Assembly (NCBI GenBank): GCA_024679065.1
Contig: JAGIQG010000024.1
Coordinates: 40,362,001-40,426,000 of the forward strand
DNA: 64,000 nt
Direction: 5' to 3'
Source of the DNA: Sphyrna mokarran
Lineage: Eukaryota
A program made the translations under genes and the position numbers. This document shows, one piece after another, positions 37,381-49,883 of the stretch. The notes under the pieces are model-generated. The model did not search any database and was not told where the DNA came from. It saw only the letters and a program-made list of their open reading frames with translations. Within the stretch, counting starts at the first letter, position 1; each line of letters begins with the position of its first letter.

Positions 37381-37892
37381 CTTTCAGTTCCTGCCAGAAG
37401 CAAGATCAACAAGTGTCCCCGGAATGAGACGCCCAGGAACTGGACAATATAGAGAGCTTGGATATTCTCTCAAATTTCATGGATAAAATTTAACTGAATG
37501 ATAACTTACTGAAAGCCGCTGAAGCTTGGTCAGATTTTGTTCAGTTTAGAAAAATGGATGATTCTTCATCATGGGGTTAAATCAACTATATACAAACTTG
37601 GAGCAACTCCTCTTGGAGATCGAGCATTGACGATTTCTAAATGAGCAATTACCTTTAAATTATTTGACTGTGCGAGAATATCAAAACAGATAGACTCTTA
37701 ACAGGAATTAGGTTCAAAGAAGGGCAACAATAATGAATCTGAAACCTGAAAAGAATTTCTGGGAAAGCATTAATTTCAAGTCAGTTTTATGGAGCAAATG
37801 GGTTTTTCAGCAGTGACAGCCAAGGTGGAGGATGCAGTGCCAGCAGCATTCTTGGATGGTTCGAATATACAAGAGGGACGGGGAACAGTTGT

Positions 37893-40636
37893 CTGGGAAG
37901 GGCACCCATATTTTAGCTGGGAGGTTAGCTGGAGTGTTTCGGCAGGGTTTAAACTAATATGGAGGGGGGATGGGGAGATAGAGGGAACTGGGAGTGGGAG
38001 AGAGATGGGTGATAGGGTAATTCCGGAGAGTAGGAGGGAGGATCAGAGAGTGCCTGAGGGCCTTCAGCGCATGTGTTTTAATGCGAGGAGTGTGACTGGC
38101 AAAACAGATGAACTGAAGGCAATGATGTTCGAGAGGAAGTTAGAAGTGGTGGCGGTGACTGAGACGTGGCTAAAGGAAGGGCAGGACTGGCAATTGAATA
38201 TTCCGGGGTATAAGTGTTTTAGGCATGATAGAGGTGGTTTGAGGAGAGGAGGGGGACTGGCGTTATTAGTTAAGGATCACATCATAGCAGTGCAGAAGGA
38301 GGGTGGTATGGCTGAGTTAGGAATTGAGTCGCTATGGGTGGAGTTGAGGAATCGGAAGGGAGAGGTTACTATGTTGGGTGTGTACTACAGACCGCCCAAC
38401 AGTCCGCGTGCCGTGGAAGAAGGGATATGTAGGGAAATTTTAGATAAGTGTAGGAAGAATAGGGTAGTTGTAATGGGAGATTTCAATTTCCCTGGGGTAG
38501 ATTGGAAGGTGCCGAGAGCGGAAGGTGCGGACGGGGAGGAATTTGTAAAGTGTGTTTTAGAAGGGTCCTTGGAGCAGTATGTGGATAGCCCGACTAGAGA
38601 GGGGGCTATACTGGATCTGGTTCTGGGGAATGAGCCAGGGCAGGTGGTTGACGTTGCAGTAGGAGAGCATGTGTCTAATAGTGACCACAACTCTGTCTGC
38701 TTTAGGGTATTAATGGAAAAAGATGAAGCCTGCCCTAAGGGGAGGGTGTAAAACTGGGGGAGGGCTAGATATAGCCAGATTAGGCAGGATCTTAGGGATA
38801 CCGACTGGGATAAGCTGTTCGAGGGTAGGTCGACACTGCACGTGGGAGTCTTTCAAGGGAAAACTAAAATTTTTGCAGGAAAGACATGTGCCGGTAAGGA
38901 GGAAGGATGGGAAAGGTAGGATTAGAGAACCGTGGGTTACTAGGGATGTTGAGGACTTGGTCAGGAAGAAGCGGGAGGCATATGTTAGATCCAGGCAAGT
39001 GGGGACAGAGACAGCGCTGGATAAATATAGAGAGTGTAGACGGGATCTTAAAAGGGGTGTCAGAAAGGCAAAAAGGGGCCACGAAATGGCTTTGGCAGGT
39101 AGGATTAAGGAAAATCCTAAGGCATTTTACTCCTATGTAAGGAGCAAAAGGATGGTTAGAGGGAAGATTGGACATCTCAGGGACAGAGGAGGGGAACTAT
39201 GCTTAGAGCCTGAGGGAATGGGGGAGATCCTGAATGAATACTTTGCGTCGGTATTCACGCGGGAGAGGGGCCTGATGTCTGTTGCTGATTTTGACAAAGT
39301 TGAGGATCCGTTGAGGGAAATAAAGATTACGAGGAAAGAGGTGTTGGGGCTGTTAGGCAGCTTAAAGACATATAAAGCTCCGGGGCTTGATGGCATTTAC
39401 CCCAGGCTGCTAAGGGAGTTGAGGGAAGACCTAGCTGGGCCTCTGACGCAAATCTTTGTCTCTTCCTTGGACACAGGCGAGGTCCCAGAGGACTGGAGGA
39501 TAGCAAATGTAGTACCGTTGTTTAAAAAAGGTCAGAGGGATAACCCAGGGAAGTATAGGCCGGTGAGCTTGACTTCAGTTATAGGTAAGCTAATGGAGAG
39601 GATCCTCAGGGACAGGATGTATGAGCATCTGGAGCGCTGCGATCTGATCAGGGATACGCAGCATGGCTTCGTCAAGGGGAGGTCGTGCCTTACGAATCTA
39701 GTGGAATTTTTTGAAGAGGTGACAAAAACGGTTGATGAAGGACAAGCCATTGATGTCGTCTGTATGGATTTCACCAGGTTTACCAGGATGCTGCCTGGTA
39801 TGGAAGGACTGTCTTATGAGGAACGATTGAAAACACTGGGGTTGTTTTCCCTTGAAAGACGTCGGCTGAGAGGGGATCTTTTAGAGGTATATAAGATTAT
39901 GAGGGGTATAGATAGAGTAAATGGTGGTAAGCTTTTTCCACCATTAGAAATGGATAGAACGAGGGGTCACGGGCTCAGGGTGAGGGGGGGCTATGTATAA
40001 GACGAATATTAGAGGGCAGTTTTTCACACAAAGGGTAGTGGGGGTGTGGAATGCACTGCTGAGTAAGGTGGTGGGAGCAGGCACTCTAGGGCTGTTTAAG
40101 GGTCTCTTGGACAGCCACATGAGCGTTATGCAGATAGAGGGATATAGTAGGACTGTTTAACTATGGCTTTTTTTTTCCACAGGTAATTCGGTCCATACTT
40201 GACCAACAAGGAGCATGCATTCGGCAGGTGGTGCGAGGACAGCTCTTGGATGTTGATTCATGGGTTGCCTGGTGCTTCATATCGTAAATGAGTGCTTTAT
40301 CTGGACCATCTGAAGGGCACCATGACAGCTCAGTGACTATCGCTGTAGCTGTGCAGACACTTGGAATTGGGCCGGTGTCTGCGGGAGTTTGTGCGTTCTC
40401 CCCGTGGTTGCGTGGGTTTTCTCCGGGCGCTCCGGTTTCCTCCCACATCCCAAAAATTCGCTCTTAGGCTGATTGGGAAACAAATTGACCCTGTATTGAG
40501 ATTCTTCCATATTAGGAATAACCTAAAATTAGAATAAGAAAATGGAATTGTTACTATAAAGTTATGACGGCGGCGCGGGCTCGTTGGGCCGAAGGGCCTG
40601 TTTCCCGTGCTGTGTTGCTCTTTGCTCTTTGCTCTT
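37893..40636 (+). mobile_element. Young CR1 LINE: ORF1 C-terminus, APE endonuclease, internally deleted RT, long 3' UTR, (TTGCTCT)n tail
   Basis: ORF1 end GTHILAGRLAGVFRQGLN*; endonuclease CFNARS, VTETW, GVYYRPP, MGDFN, SDH; RT KAPGLDG, YRPVSLTS, QHGFVKGRSCLTNL. TAA at 38749 and a frameshift near 38840. Confidence 0.93.
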
Positions 40637-41390
40637 ATCTCCTAAAACTTCCCCTAGCACATGCACACAAATAAATAACAAGGGTCTCTCTGTAGAAGTG
40701 GGTTTTAGAGGATAGGCATTATAAAACAAAGGATAAAGTCCAGAGGGTCTCAATGCTGTCGATTTGAAGTTCCCTTGTGTGAAACCACTAGTGGATATGT
40801 GGAAATTCTCACTAACAGAACTTTGACACAGAGGAGACAATAGAACTGGATCAGTTCTTCTTGTCTCAACTTTGCAGATCCAGATGCAGACAAGTTACAC
40901 TCAGACAGCAGGTTGAGAACCACACAGTTTCAGGTAAGGCAGAGAGAGAGAGATATACTGGTAGGGTATCTTTCCCTTCTCAGCTTATTCCCCAACAAGT
41001 GTCATGGATAGGAAGGGTCACTATAAATTGCTCTGATTTCTTCACTATCTACCCACCCTTTAACACATTTTTTTTATTGTGATTTTCCTTTTATAAACAT
41101 TGACGTATTTTTCCCAAGCCTTATAATTGGAAACATTCCAATCCTCTGTTAATAATTGGCACAGCAAACTCGAGGTAAGATCAAATAAAAGGGCTGTTTT
41201 ATTTTTACACCCACAAGAGGGATTTCACAATATTTACCACATTTTCACTCACCCAATAACTCCTTGAATTCAGTTCTACTGAACAATGTGACAAATGTGC
41301 TGGGGGAGGTTGTGTGACACACTTCCTCAACGTTCCCACGGCTGGAATCTTAAGCTGTTTCACTGGAGTCAGAATTCCTGTTTTTGGGAG

Positions 41391-42136
41391 ACATAGAACA
41401 CTACAGCACAAACAGTCCCTTTGGCCCACAAGTTGTGCCAATCATACCCGTACCTACTAGGCCACAGAACTATCTGTAACTCCAAATCCCGTGTACTCAT
41501 CCAGAAGTCTTTTAAAAAACCCCAGCGAGTTTGCCTCTACCACCACCAATGGCAGCCGATTCCATTCACTCACCACCCTCTGAGTTATCCCTAACATCTC
41601 CTCTGTACTTGCTGCCCAGCATCTTAAACCTGTATCCTCTCGTAGTGACCATTTCCACTCTGGGAAACAACCCCCGAGAATATATCTATCTATTCCTCTC
41701 AACATTTTATAAACCTCTATCAGGTCGCCTCTCAACTTTCGTCTCTACAGGGAGAAGAGACCTAGTTCCCTCAACCTATCTTCATTGGGTATGCCTCCCA
41801 ATCCAGGCAACATCCTTGTAAATCTCCTCTGCACCCTCTCAATAGCTTCCACATCCTTCTTATAGTGAGGCGACCAGAACTGCACACAGTACTCCAAGTG
41901 AGGTCTGACAAGAGTCTTATAAAGTTGCAGCATTACCCCCCAACTCCTAAACTCAATCCCTCAAATAACGAAGGCCAGTACACCATACGACTTCTTGACC
42001 ACATCCTCCACCTGCGAGGCCAATTTAAGAGTCCTATGGACCCGGATCCCAAGATCCTTTTGCTCCTCAACACTGCTAAGACTCCTATCCTTGATATTGT
42101 ACTCCTTCATCCCATTGGTCCTGCCAAATTGGACCT
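41391..42136 (-). mobile_element. CR1 3' end
   Basis: MLQLYKTLVRPHLEYCVQFWSPHYKKD...RGDLIEVYK. Same subfamily as 56219-57012 in the opposite orientation. Confidence 0.93.
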
Positions 42137-44483
42137 GGTTCGGTGTAACTAACTAAACCTTCTTATTTTGAAACTGTGCTTGGACTGCTGGGTGCCCCAT
42201 TATGGGAGATAAAGACAAAGGACAAAGAACAACACAGTACAGGAAACAGGCCCTTCGGCCCTACAAGCCCGCGCCATCCATTTTACCATTCAGTGAGTGC
42301 CTCATTCCTATCCTTCCTCTATCTACGACTTTTGTCTACACCTCTTGGACTTCACAGTAAAGGGGGTGCAAATTTAGAGAATTATAAAAGAGAATTATAA
42401 GATTAAGGGAGGTCTAATTTAGGGACAATTTGTTGACACCAAGACCTACGAAGGTTTGCTTATGTTCAGAGGTGGTTGGACCAGACTCACAGTGTCCGTG
42501 GCCACTGTTACTTTGAATTGGCTACAAGCATCAGGTGAGTGGCTGGAGACATTCTTTCAGCCCAGCAACTTGAAAATCACACAGAAAGTACTTTATAAAG
42601 TAAACCAGCAGATGATTTTTTTTCTCTGTCACACCTCAACTGTGACACACGAGTGACTCGAAAACCATCAAACCTTGACTGTTGTCCCTGCCATGTGATT
42701 TCCTGTAAGTAACTCTTGTCTTTCAGTTGATCTCCTATCAGTTAAAGGGATTGCTGTTCGAAACCAACAAACAATTTTCCTCAATTGCCAATCAGGACAG
42801 GCGATTCCTTGGAAGAAGCCAGGCTTGCTCCCAATCTGAAGTGAACTTATGATCCAAAAATATTCCACGTTAGTCTCCAAGTGTCCAGATAATGCGACTT
42901 ATTTCCATATTTAAATAACAATTTATAATATTGAAAGAAATGACTTTCCCGACAACATCCCGTGGTCATAAGTTGAAGGTTGTGAATACGTGCAGCTTTG
43001 GGTGAGGAATAGACTCTGAGAATATTAGTAAAAAAATGATATTTGTGCAAAGAACAGAAGAATGCCATTGCAACCAGCAGTAAGTCAACTATTGGTGAGA
43101 ATATAGAACATAGAACAGTACAGCACAGTGTAGGCCCTTTGACCCTCAATGTTGTGCTGAGCTACGTCCAAACCCATGATCAAGCTATCCCACTCCCTAT
43201 TATTCTGGTTAACTTTAATGCAACCATAGCGATTAGCCTCAGATAAAGAAAAGGTACTTTTCTTCTACATTTTGTAGATGTAGCGACTAGGTTTAGCCAG
43301 TCAATAGAAAAGGTAGAAAAGCAATTGTCAGCAAGAGTATGGAAAGGTGGATAGAGTCAGGACTAGGAGCAACAGCGGACTTCCCAATGGATAATGGAGA
43401 AGAATTGGCCACTGATGAATTCAGAAGCATGGTGTGAAATTTTAAAATCTGTAGCAATGTACACAGCAGCTGAGATACACGGGAGACATCATCACAGTGA
43501 TTGACAAATACTCCGGAAAAACTTTAGCTTACTAACTGAATTGCAAATTGATGACTGTTCTGGCATGGGCAGTACATTAAAAAAAAATGTTTCCGACGGT
43601 TGTGGGGCGAGGGGCTGCAGTCCCTATCAATTAGTTTATAGTAGGAATCCTAAAGTATCTTCAACAATGTGGGAAAATTCACCACCTTTTGGGGGAGGCT
43701 ATCATTAGTTCCATTTTTGCAAACACTTGAATGCTGTGCATGTGGGGAGGAAAGTGTTTGTTGGTGGAAACTTCAGTAATAAATCAGCAGAGCTTTGGAA
43801 TGAACTTTAAGCCTGGGTTCATGGTGAAGAGCATAAAGAATTTAAAAACCCAGAAAAAGTTATAGGTTCTGATAGCAAAATGGTAATTTTGTAACATGGC
43901 AACCAGACTGTTAGAGTACATTCCACGTGGCTTACTAATATTGATTATACATTGATGGAACCTGAACAAATGATGGAAACTGAAGATGCATCATGTACTT
44001 TGCACACATACATACCAGACCTGTACAAACAACAGATTGTGGCAGATAAGGGGCTAATTGAAAGAAAGCCAAATGATAATGACGACCAGGATAAGACCAT
44101 TAGTCACAAAGATCCACTACTGCAATTTGGAAGACAGTTTTGCCAGTTGGGAGGGGGTGCTAGTGAGTGGAGGGAAGCTATCATAGTAGGAAGGGCAGGA
44201 AACACAAAACACTGTCTGAATGTATAAGACCAGATGCAGAATATCAGATCTATGGATCTGCAGAAGGAAATAAAAATATGGAAAGTCCCCAAATTTAGTT
44301 TAAGTTCAGACAGTGGGGCTAATGGTGATCACAGCCTTGGAAAAGATCAATAACTTGTGAAAGGAAGTTTAGTCATAGGAAGGACAGGTCAAGCAGTCAT
44401 CATCCAGATAGGGAGAGGAGATCTAGTAGACCATGTAGTTTAACAAGCACAAGGAGCAAAGAACAGATGAGGAGAGGGAAGTG

Positions 44484-45330
44484 GGGGATGATTCTCCAAT
44501 CCCGCTGCACTAATTTTTTGGTGTAATGGGCCAGGAGATCTCAGTGGAGCTGGATTAGCACAATCCGCACTGAGCATCCAGCCCCGAGTGCCTCTCCCAG
44601 TGCTGAGTTTTCACCACCGAGAGTTCCATGCTGAAAATAGGCGCAGAGCTGCAATAGACATGCAGAAAGCTGTTTAAATATAATTAGCAGGCTCGAGACT
44701 GAAGTCTGTGGGCCAATAGTGTCTCCCCTCCCTGCTAGAGTGTTTCTCTCTAATGGGGTTTATAGTACCACCCCACTTTCAGAGAGCTGGCAGTCTGACC
44801 CAGTTGGAGTGAAGGGGTGTGACATTCGAGGCTCCCAGAGGATTGGGCACCAGGGAGGATGGCCTCGAATGCAGTGCCAACCTGGGCTCCCGGCACTGCC
44901 CAAGGCTCAAAGTGCCAATGCCCAGGGGAGCATCTTGGCACTGCCCACCAGGCATCAGACAGCGCCAAGGGGGCAGGGCCTGATGAGGATGGGGCCTGGG
45001 TGGATAGTCTGACTATCACTCGGCATGGCTTTGACTTGAAATGGAGGGAGGCCAGCGAATGAGGCTGGTCATCAGTGTTGGAGGCAGGGGAGAGTGCTGC
45101 CTGCTAAGTGGGGTTGGGACTGCCGAAGTTGTGGGGGAGGTTGGCACTGTGGGGTGAGGTGGAACTGTCAGGAGGGGGTGTGAAATCAGAGTTGGGGGGA
45201 AGTTGTGGCTGGGCCTGGACATATCGGGGAGGGGGGGGGCCAACAATCGGGGCGTGGGGGCAGAGGAGGTCGGGGGGCTCACCAATGATCGAACAACTGG
45301 GATGCTGGCAGACAGGCTGTAAGGTTGAAC
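44484..45330. mobile_element. GC-rich non-autonomous element, possibly Harbinger-derived
   Basis: Starts gggggatgattctcc, resembling the MITE termini in this window; GC-rich body. No partner TIR located. Confidence 0.35.
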
Positions 45331-46614
45331 ATCAGGTAGATTAACCCTAATTCAACAGCTTCTAAATTGCTGAGGTTACTCAATGTTACTCAATGAGCAG
45401 CACACTATCAGATAGGGTGAGATGCACTGAACTTTTCATGACCACATTGCATCTCTAATTACCAACTCCACGATGAGTTCCGAACTCATCAGAGTGGATT
45501 TCATTCTTTCCCATTCTCCTGGCTGCGTACATGGTTCTTGTAATGACCACGTGAGGAAGCGTGAACTGGCTCCTCTATATTCAACCTCCGTCATCGGTCA
45601 CAACAAAGATTTCACAAGGAGATGCCTGTTTTGAATCCAATGAATTTAATTATTTAAGCTGTGAGCCAATCAAACAAGATTTTCTTGAGTCAAAGGAACA
45701 ACAAATTTATAAACCACTAAACACACAAAAAAAGTGAAAGGCGACACCAAACACCCAGATATCAGAAATCAGAAGTACAATAAAAAAAAGACACTTGATT
45801 GTCCTCAAGATATAGATTTTTAAACTTTGCAACCAATTTAGAATTGCATTATAGTAAACACGGTCAGATATAGAAGATGTTGTGATAATTACAAAATCTC
45901 AATTCTCTTACAGACTTCTAATAATGTTGGCTTCCCACCTGGTTAATACCTTTGTTTCAAAAGAGAGAGGGGGACAGAGCCCAGCTCTCTACCTGTTTCC
46001 TCAGCTATGAATGTTCTTGTAATCTCTGTGATGGCTGCACTCTGGCCTGTTATACTTCACCCATTGTGTATTTGATTTTGGGCAGGTTTGTCTGTAGCAG
46101 CCATTGTTTAAATATCCAATGCTTTACATTTTAATGTCTGTTTCTCAGACATTGCTGTATTTTGATGGGTCTCTGAATTATGGGAAATGTCTCTCTCTTC
46201 CTGAAAGTGACTTATTTGTTTTTCATCTTGGAAGGTGGCCTTGCATTTTTAAGTAGTTTTCTCTGCTTAATTTGAAACTGCAAACTTTGCAGTCAGTCGA
46301 AACTTTGCAAATTACGTTTTCAAAATTAAAAAAGTGTAGTTTTTAACAACACTCTCTCCTGCATTGCAATACCCGCTGGGAAAAATGGCACCTCTCCTGC
46401 CACCTCAGCCTTTCCTGTGGCCAATGACATGGGTGTTTTTTCATTAGAAGCTGTATGTCTCAATAGGGACATGTTCTCAGCAGTCATAATGAAGTGTAAG
46501 TAGGTGCTCTGGGCACATGTCCACCCATATACAGGAGCAGTGTGTGTTCTGAGGCTCCTCAGATGATGTATCTGCTGCAGGTGAGTTGCCAGAGACTTGT
46601 CTTGAGGGTAGGGG

Positions 46615-46815
46615 ATTGTCCTCACCTTGTCAGAACCTATCAGATAATTGAGCTTTTTCTGGCATTCAATCCAGGTCTTTCTCACCATGTTCCATCACTG
46701 ACGGAGATGCAACCTGCACAAAGGCCTCCATAACCTGCATAGGTCACCTCTTCCAGCCACACTCCAGGGAGGAGACCTCCCTTGTCGCCATCATGGCCTT
46801 GAACATGAGATCAAG
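46615..46815 (-). mobile_element. Harbinger-type Myb/SANT-like protein exon relic
   Basis: Minus strand ...AFVQVA...VRKTWIECQKKLNYLIGSDK followed by a gtgagg donor. Resembles the RTWxQCRKKxNDL motif of Harbinger Myb/SANT (NAIF1-like) proteins. Confidence 0.55.
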
Positions 46816-47206
46816 TTCCATATCCGATAATCTTTGGGGCAGAATTGCTTTAGGCACAGTTCTTCTGGCTTTGCTGAGGCCTCTGGCATGGTCCCCATAC
46901 TTTCCAATGTCTGATAATATCTACCGTTTCTTCCTTCTGTCAAACAGCAGTGACTTCCACGGAGAGTTTAAATTGGGCTGCTACTCCTTTGACCCCGCCT
47001 CCACTCCTGCCCCTGTGGCCTCCAATTGGATAGAAAACTTGTTTCCATATCAACCCCATGAAAATATTGAGGTAAGGCAATTTCACCCCAGGGGATTTGC
47101 GACCTGTAAACAATCCCAAATCCTGTTTTCCTTCACCCAATCCAAACATTCAGTGTCAAGGGTATCAGGCACACAGTGGGGGGTCAAATGCTGGCACGGC
47201 CTTATC

Positions 47207-47369
47207 GGGACAGCACAGTGGCACAGCAGTTATCACTGCTGCCCCACAGCACCAGGGACCCAGGTTCAATTCCCATCTTGGGTCACTGTCTGTGCAGAAT
47301 CTGCGTGTTCTCCCCATGTCTGTGTGGGTTTTCTTTGGACGCTCCAGTTTCCTCTACAGTCCAAAAGAC
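47207..47369 (+). mobile_element. HE1/V-SINE-like SINE 5' half, truncated by an antisense CR1 insertion
   Basis: Head and V core ending at cagtccaaaagac. Confidence 0.85.
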
Positions 47370-47870
47370 AAGGAACAAAGAACAAAACAGCACGTGAAAC
47401 AGGCCCTTCGGCCCAACGAGCCCGCACCACCACCCCGATGTTCCCACCTCTACCCGCGATCCCTGTCCATGTTTATAGATCTATGGATTAAATACCAAAT
47501 TTGAGACAATTTAGGGAGAATTTGTTTTGCCAATTAGCCTAAGAGCACATCTTTGGGATGTGGGAGGAAACCGGAGCTTCCAGAGAAAACCCACGCAAGC
47601 ACGGGGAGAATGCGCAAACTCCCACAGACACAGGCCCAAATCCATATATCTGCACAGCACAGCGATACTCACTGAGCTGTCGTGTTGCCCATCAGGTGGT
47701 CCAGGTCAAGCATACACTAACAACGTGAAGCACTAGGATACTTTCGAAAAAGATCCAAGAGCAGTCCTCTCACGACCCATCGCGTGTATGTCCCTCATTA
47801 GACAACAAGGTGGACCAAAGCACCTGTAGGATAAAAACAAGTACATCAATATCATCATCTATTTACACAC
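47366..47870 (-). mobile_element. CR1 long 3' UTR with captured V-SINE (diverged relative of 40150-40636)
   Basis: Colinear similarity to 40130-40636, including the tail gggccgaagggcctgttt...gctgttttgttctttgttc. Confidence 0.85.
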
Positions 47871-47879
47871 TTCCCAGGG

Positions 47880-49790
47880 ACTCCCAAGGCTCATGATCCC
47901 TATTTATTCTGCAAACTTCTTGATCATCTCCCCCAACATTTAACTCCAATTCATTAATGTACACCACAAATAACAAGGGTCCCAGAACTGAGCTCTGTGG
48001 TACCTCACTAGAAACAGATTTCCAGTCTCAGAAACATCCTCTACCCTCACCCTCTGCTTTCCGTCTCAGCCAATTTTGGATCCAATGCGCTATTTTGGCT
48101 TGGATTTCATGGGCCTTTATTTTCTCGACCAGTCTGCTGTGCAAGACCGTACCAGAAGTCTTACTGAAGTCTACGCAGACTCCATCAAATGCATTACCTT
48201 CATCAACACTCCTGGTTACTGCCTCAAAAAAGACAAAGCAAATCTGTCAAACATGAATTTCTTGTAACAATTCCATGCTGACTATCCCTGATTAATTTGT
48301 GACTATCCAAGCACATGTATATTCCATCCCTCGGGACTTTTTCTGGTAACTTCCCCACCACCAAGGTGAGACTGACTGATCTATCATTTCCTGGTCTATC
48401 CTTGCCTTCTTCATTTAATAATGGAATAATATTAGCAGCCCTCTACTCATAGGTGGCACCTCACCTATGGCAGGAGAGGTTTTGAAAGTTACTGCCAGTG
48501 GCCCTCATATCTCCTTCCTCAACAGCTTGAGATACATATCATCTGGGTCTGTGGATTTATCCACTTTCAACTGTTAATATTTTTCTCTCTCTGTTAGTTT
48601 CCTAGTCCATCCTGACATCTACACCTACATTATCCTTTCTGTTGCGGAGACAGACACAAAGCGTTCACTGAGGGCTGCATCCTTGTCTTTCAGGTTTAGA
48701 CATTACCCATATGGTTGTTAATTGATTCTACTCTTTGCCTCGCTATTCTCATGCTCTTGATATATTTTTTAAAAACCCTTGGTGTTTTCCTTTATTTTAC
48801 CCACCGAGCTTTTTCGTGCAGTCTCTTAGTTTTCCTAATTTACTTAATAAGATACACTCCTGCATTTTTTATACTCCTGTAGGGACTGTACCATATGAGC
48901 TCTCAGTATTTACCATAAACTTCCCTTTTTTCCTCAATCCTGACCTTTAAGACCCTTGATATCCAGGGTTCTATGATCTTGACCCCATCCTTTGTCTTTT
49001 ATGGGATATATTTATCCTGTACTCTCTCTCTCTCCTTCTGGAGAGCCTCCCATTGCTCTGACAGAGTTTCATCTGCAAATCCATTTGGGCCATATTACAT
49101 CTCATCATAGTAAAATTAGCATTTCCCTAGTTAAGAACTTTTATTCCCAATCTATCCTTATCTTTTTCTATAACTATCCTAAATCTAAGTGAATTATGAT
49201 CAATATTTCCAAAATACTCGCCTATTGATATGCCTTCCACCTGCCCAGGGTAGAATTTTCCCTTCCATTGTTGAACTTTATGTAACCAGAATAATAGAGA
49301 GTGGGATAGCTTGATCTAGTGTTTGGACTTAGCTCGGCACAACATTTGAGAGCCGCTGTACTATACTGTTCTATATTCTATATAACAGCTGAAAAGTTCT
49401 TCTGGATCCAATTTAAGAATTTTGTTCCCCGCCAATCTTGCACACTAAAACTATTCCTGTTAATATTTTGGTACTTAAAATTCCCTACTATTAATGCCTT
49501 ATTCCTATATATTTCTGAAAAGTAATTACATATTTGACCCTCTGGGCAGAATTTTCCTGTCCCACCTGCCATGGGAATTGTAACAGGCGAGGGATGGGCC
49601 TCAAGCATAATTTTCATGGTCCTGGAGCAAGTGCAGTTGGAAAATCCTGCTCTCTATCTTTTGCTGATTGTTTGGGGTCAATTGTACACACGCAACAGTG
49701 TGTTTGTACCTTTTCTGTTTCTTACTTCTACCCACATGGCCTCATTCAAAGATAATACCTCCTCACTGCGATAATTGATTCCTTGATTCT
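47880..49790 (-). mobile_element. Old CR1 ORF2 (EN-RT) relic with nested insertions
   Basis: Reverse-complement SSVLGPLLF, YVDFSK and ALIVGNFKYQNIN...FLNWIQKNF (ORF 49378-49617). Confidence 0.75.
49544..49652. mobile_element. 109-bp MITE with 14-bp TIRs and 3-bp TSD (PIF/Harbinger-type)
   Basis: GGGCAGAATTTTCC ... GGAAAATCCTGCTC flanked by TCT/TCT. Related termini at ~9381-9507, ~9921-10025 and ~58509-58720. Confidence 0.7.
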
Positions 49791-49883
49791 GAAACTGTTT
49801 CGAAAGGAGGTTGATCTTGCCATGGTACTAAGTATTTCTGATTCTGTATTGAAAGTATACCCCGCCAAAAAATTCATTCTAAT

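Larger units (their letters stand above)
36690..44450 (+). mobile_element. Decayed Copia-order (GalEa-like) LTR retrotransposon gag-integrase, fragmented by PLE and CR1 insertions
   Basis: gag-like KQGMGLALSVP|ARSKI, FMDKI*LNDNLLKAAEAWSDFVQFRK, FKLFDCA. Integrase LLHFVDVATRFSQS, MDNGEELATDEFRSM, SPYQLVYSRNPKV, KHLNAVH, HGNQTVRVHST (43260-43930). Homologous to the relic at 6815-10480. Confidence 0.72.

Noticed and set aside
37789-37892. N-terminal extension of the 320-aa endonuclease ORF suggesting a fusion gene
   Set aside because: Chance read-through from flanking Copia-derived sequence into the CR1; no splice or promoter support.
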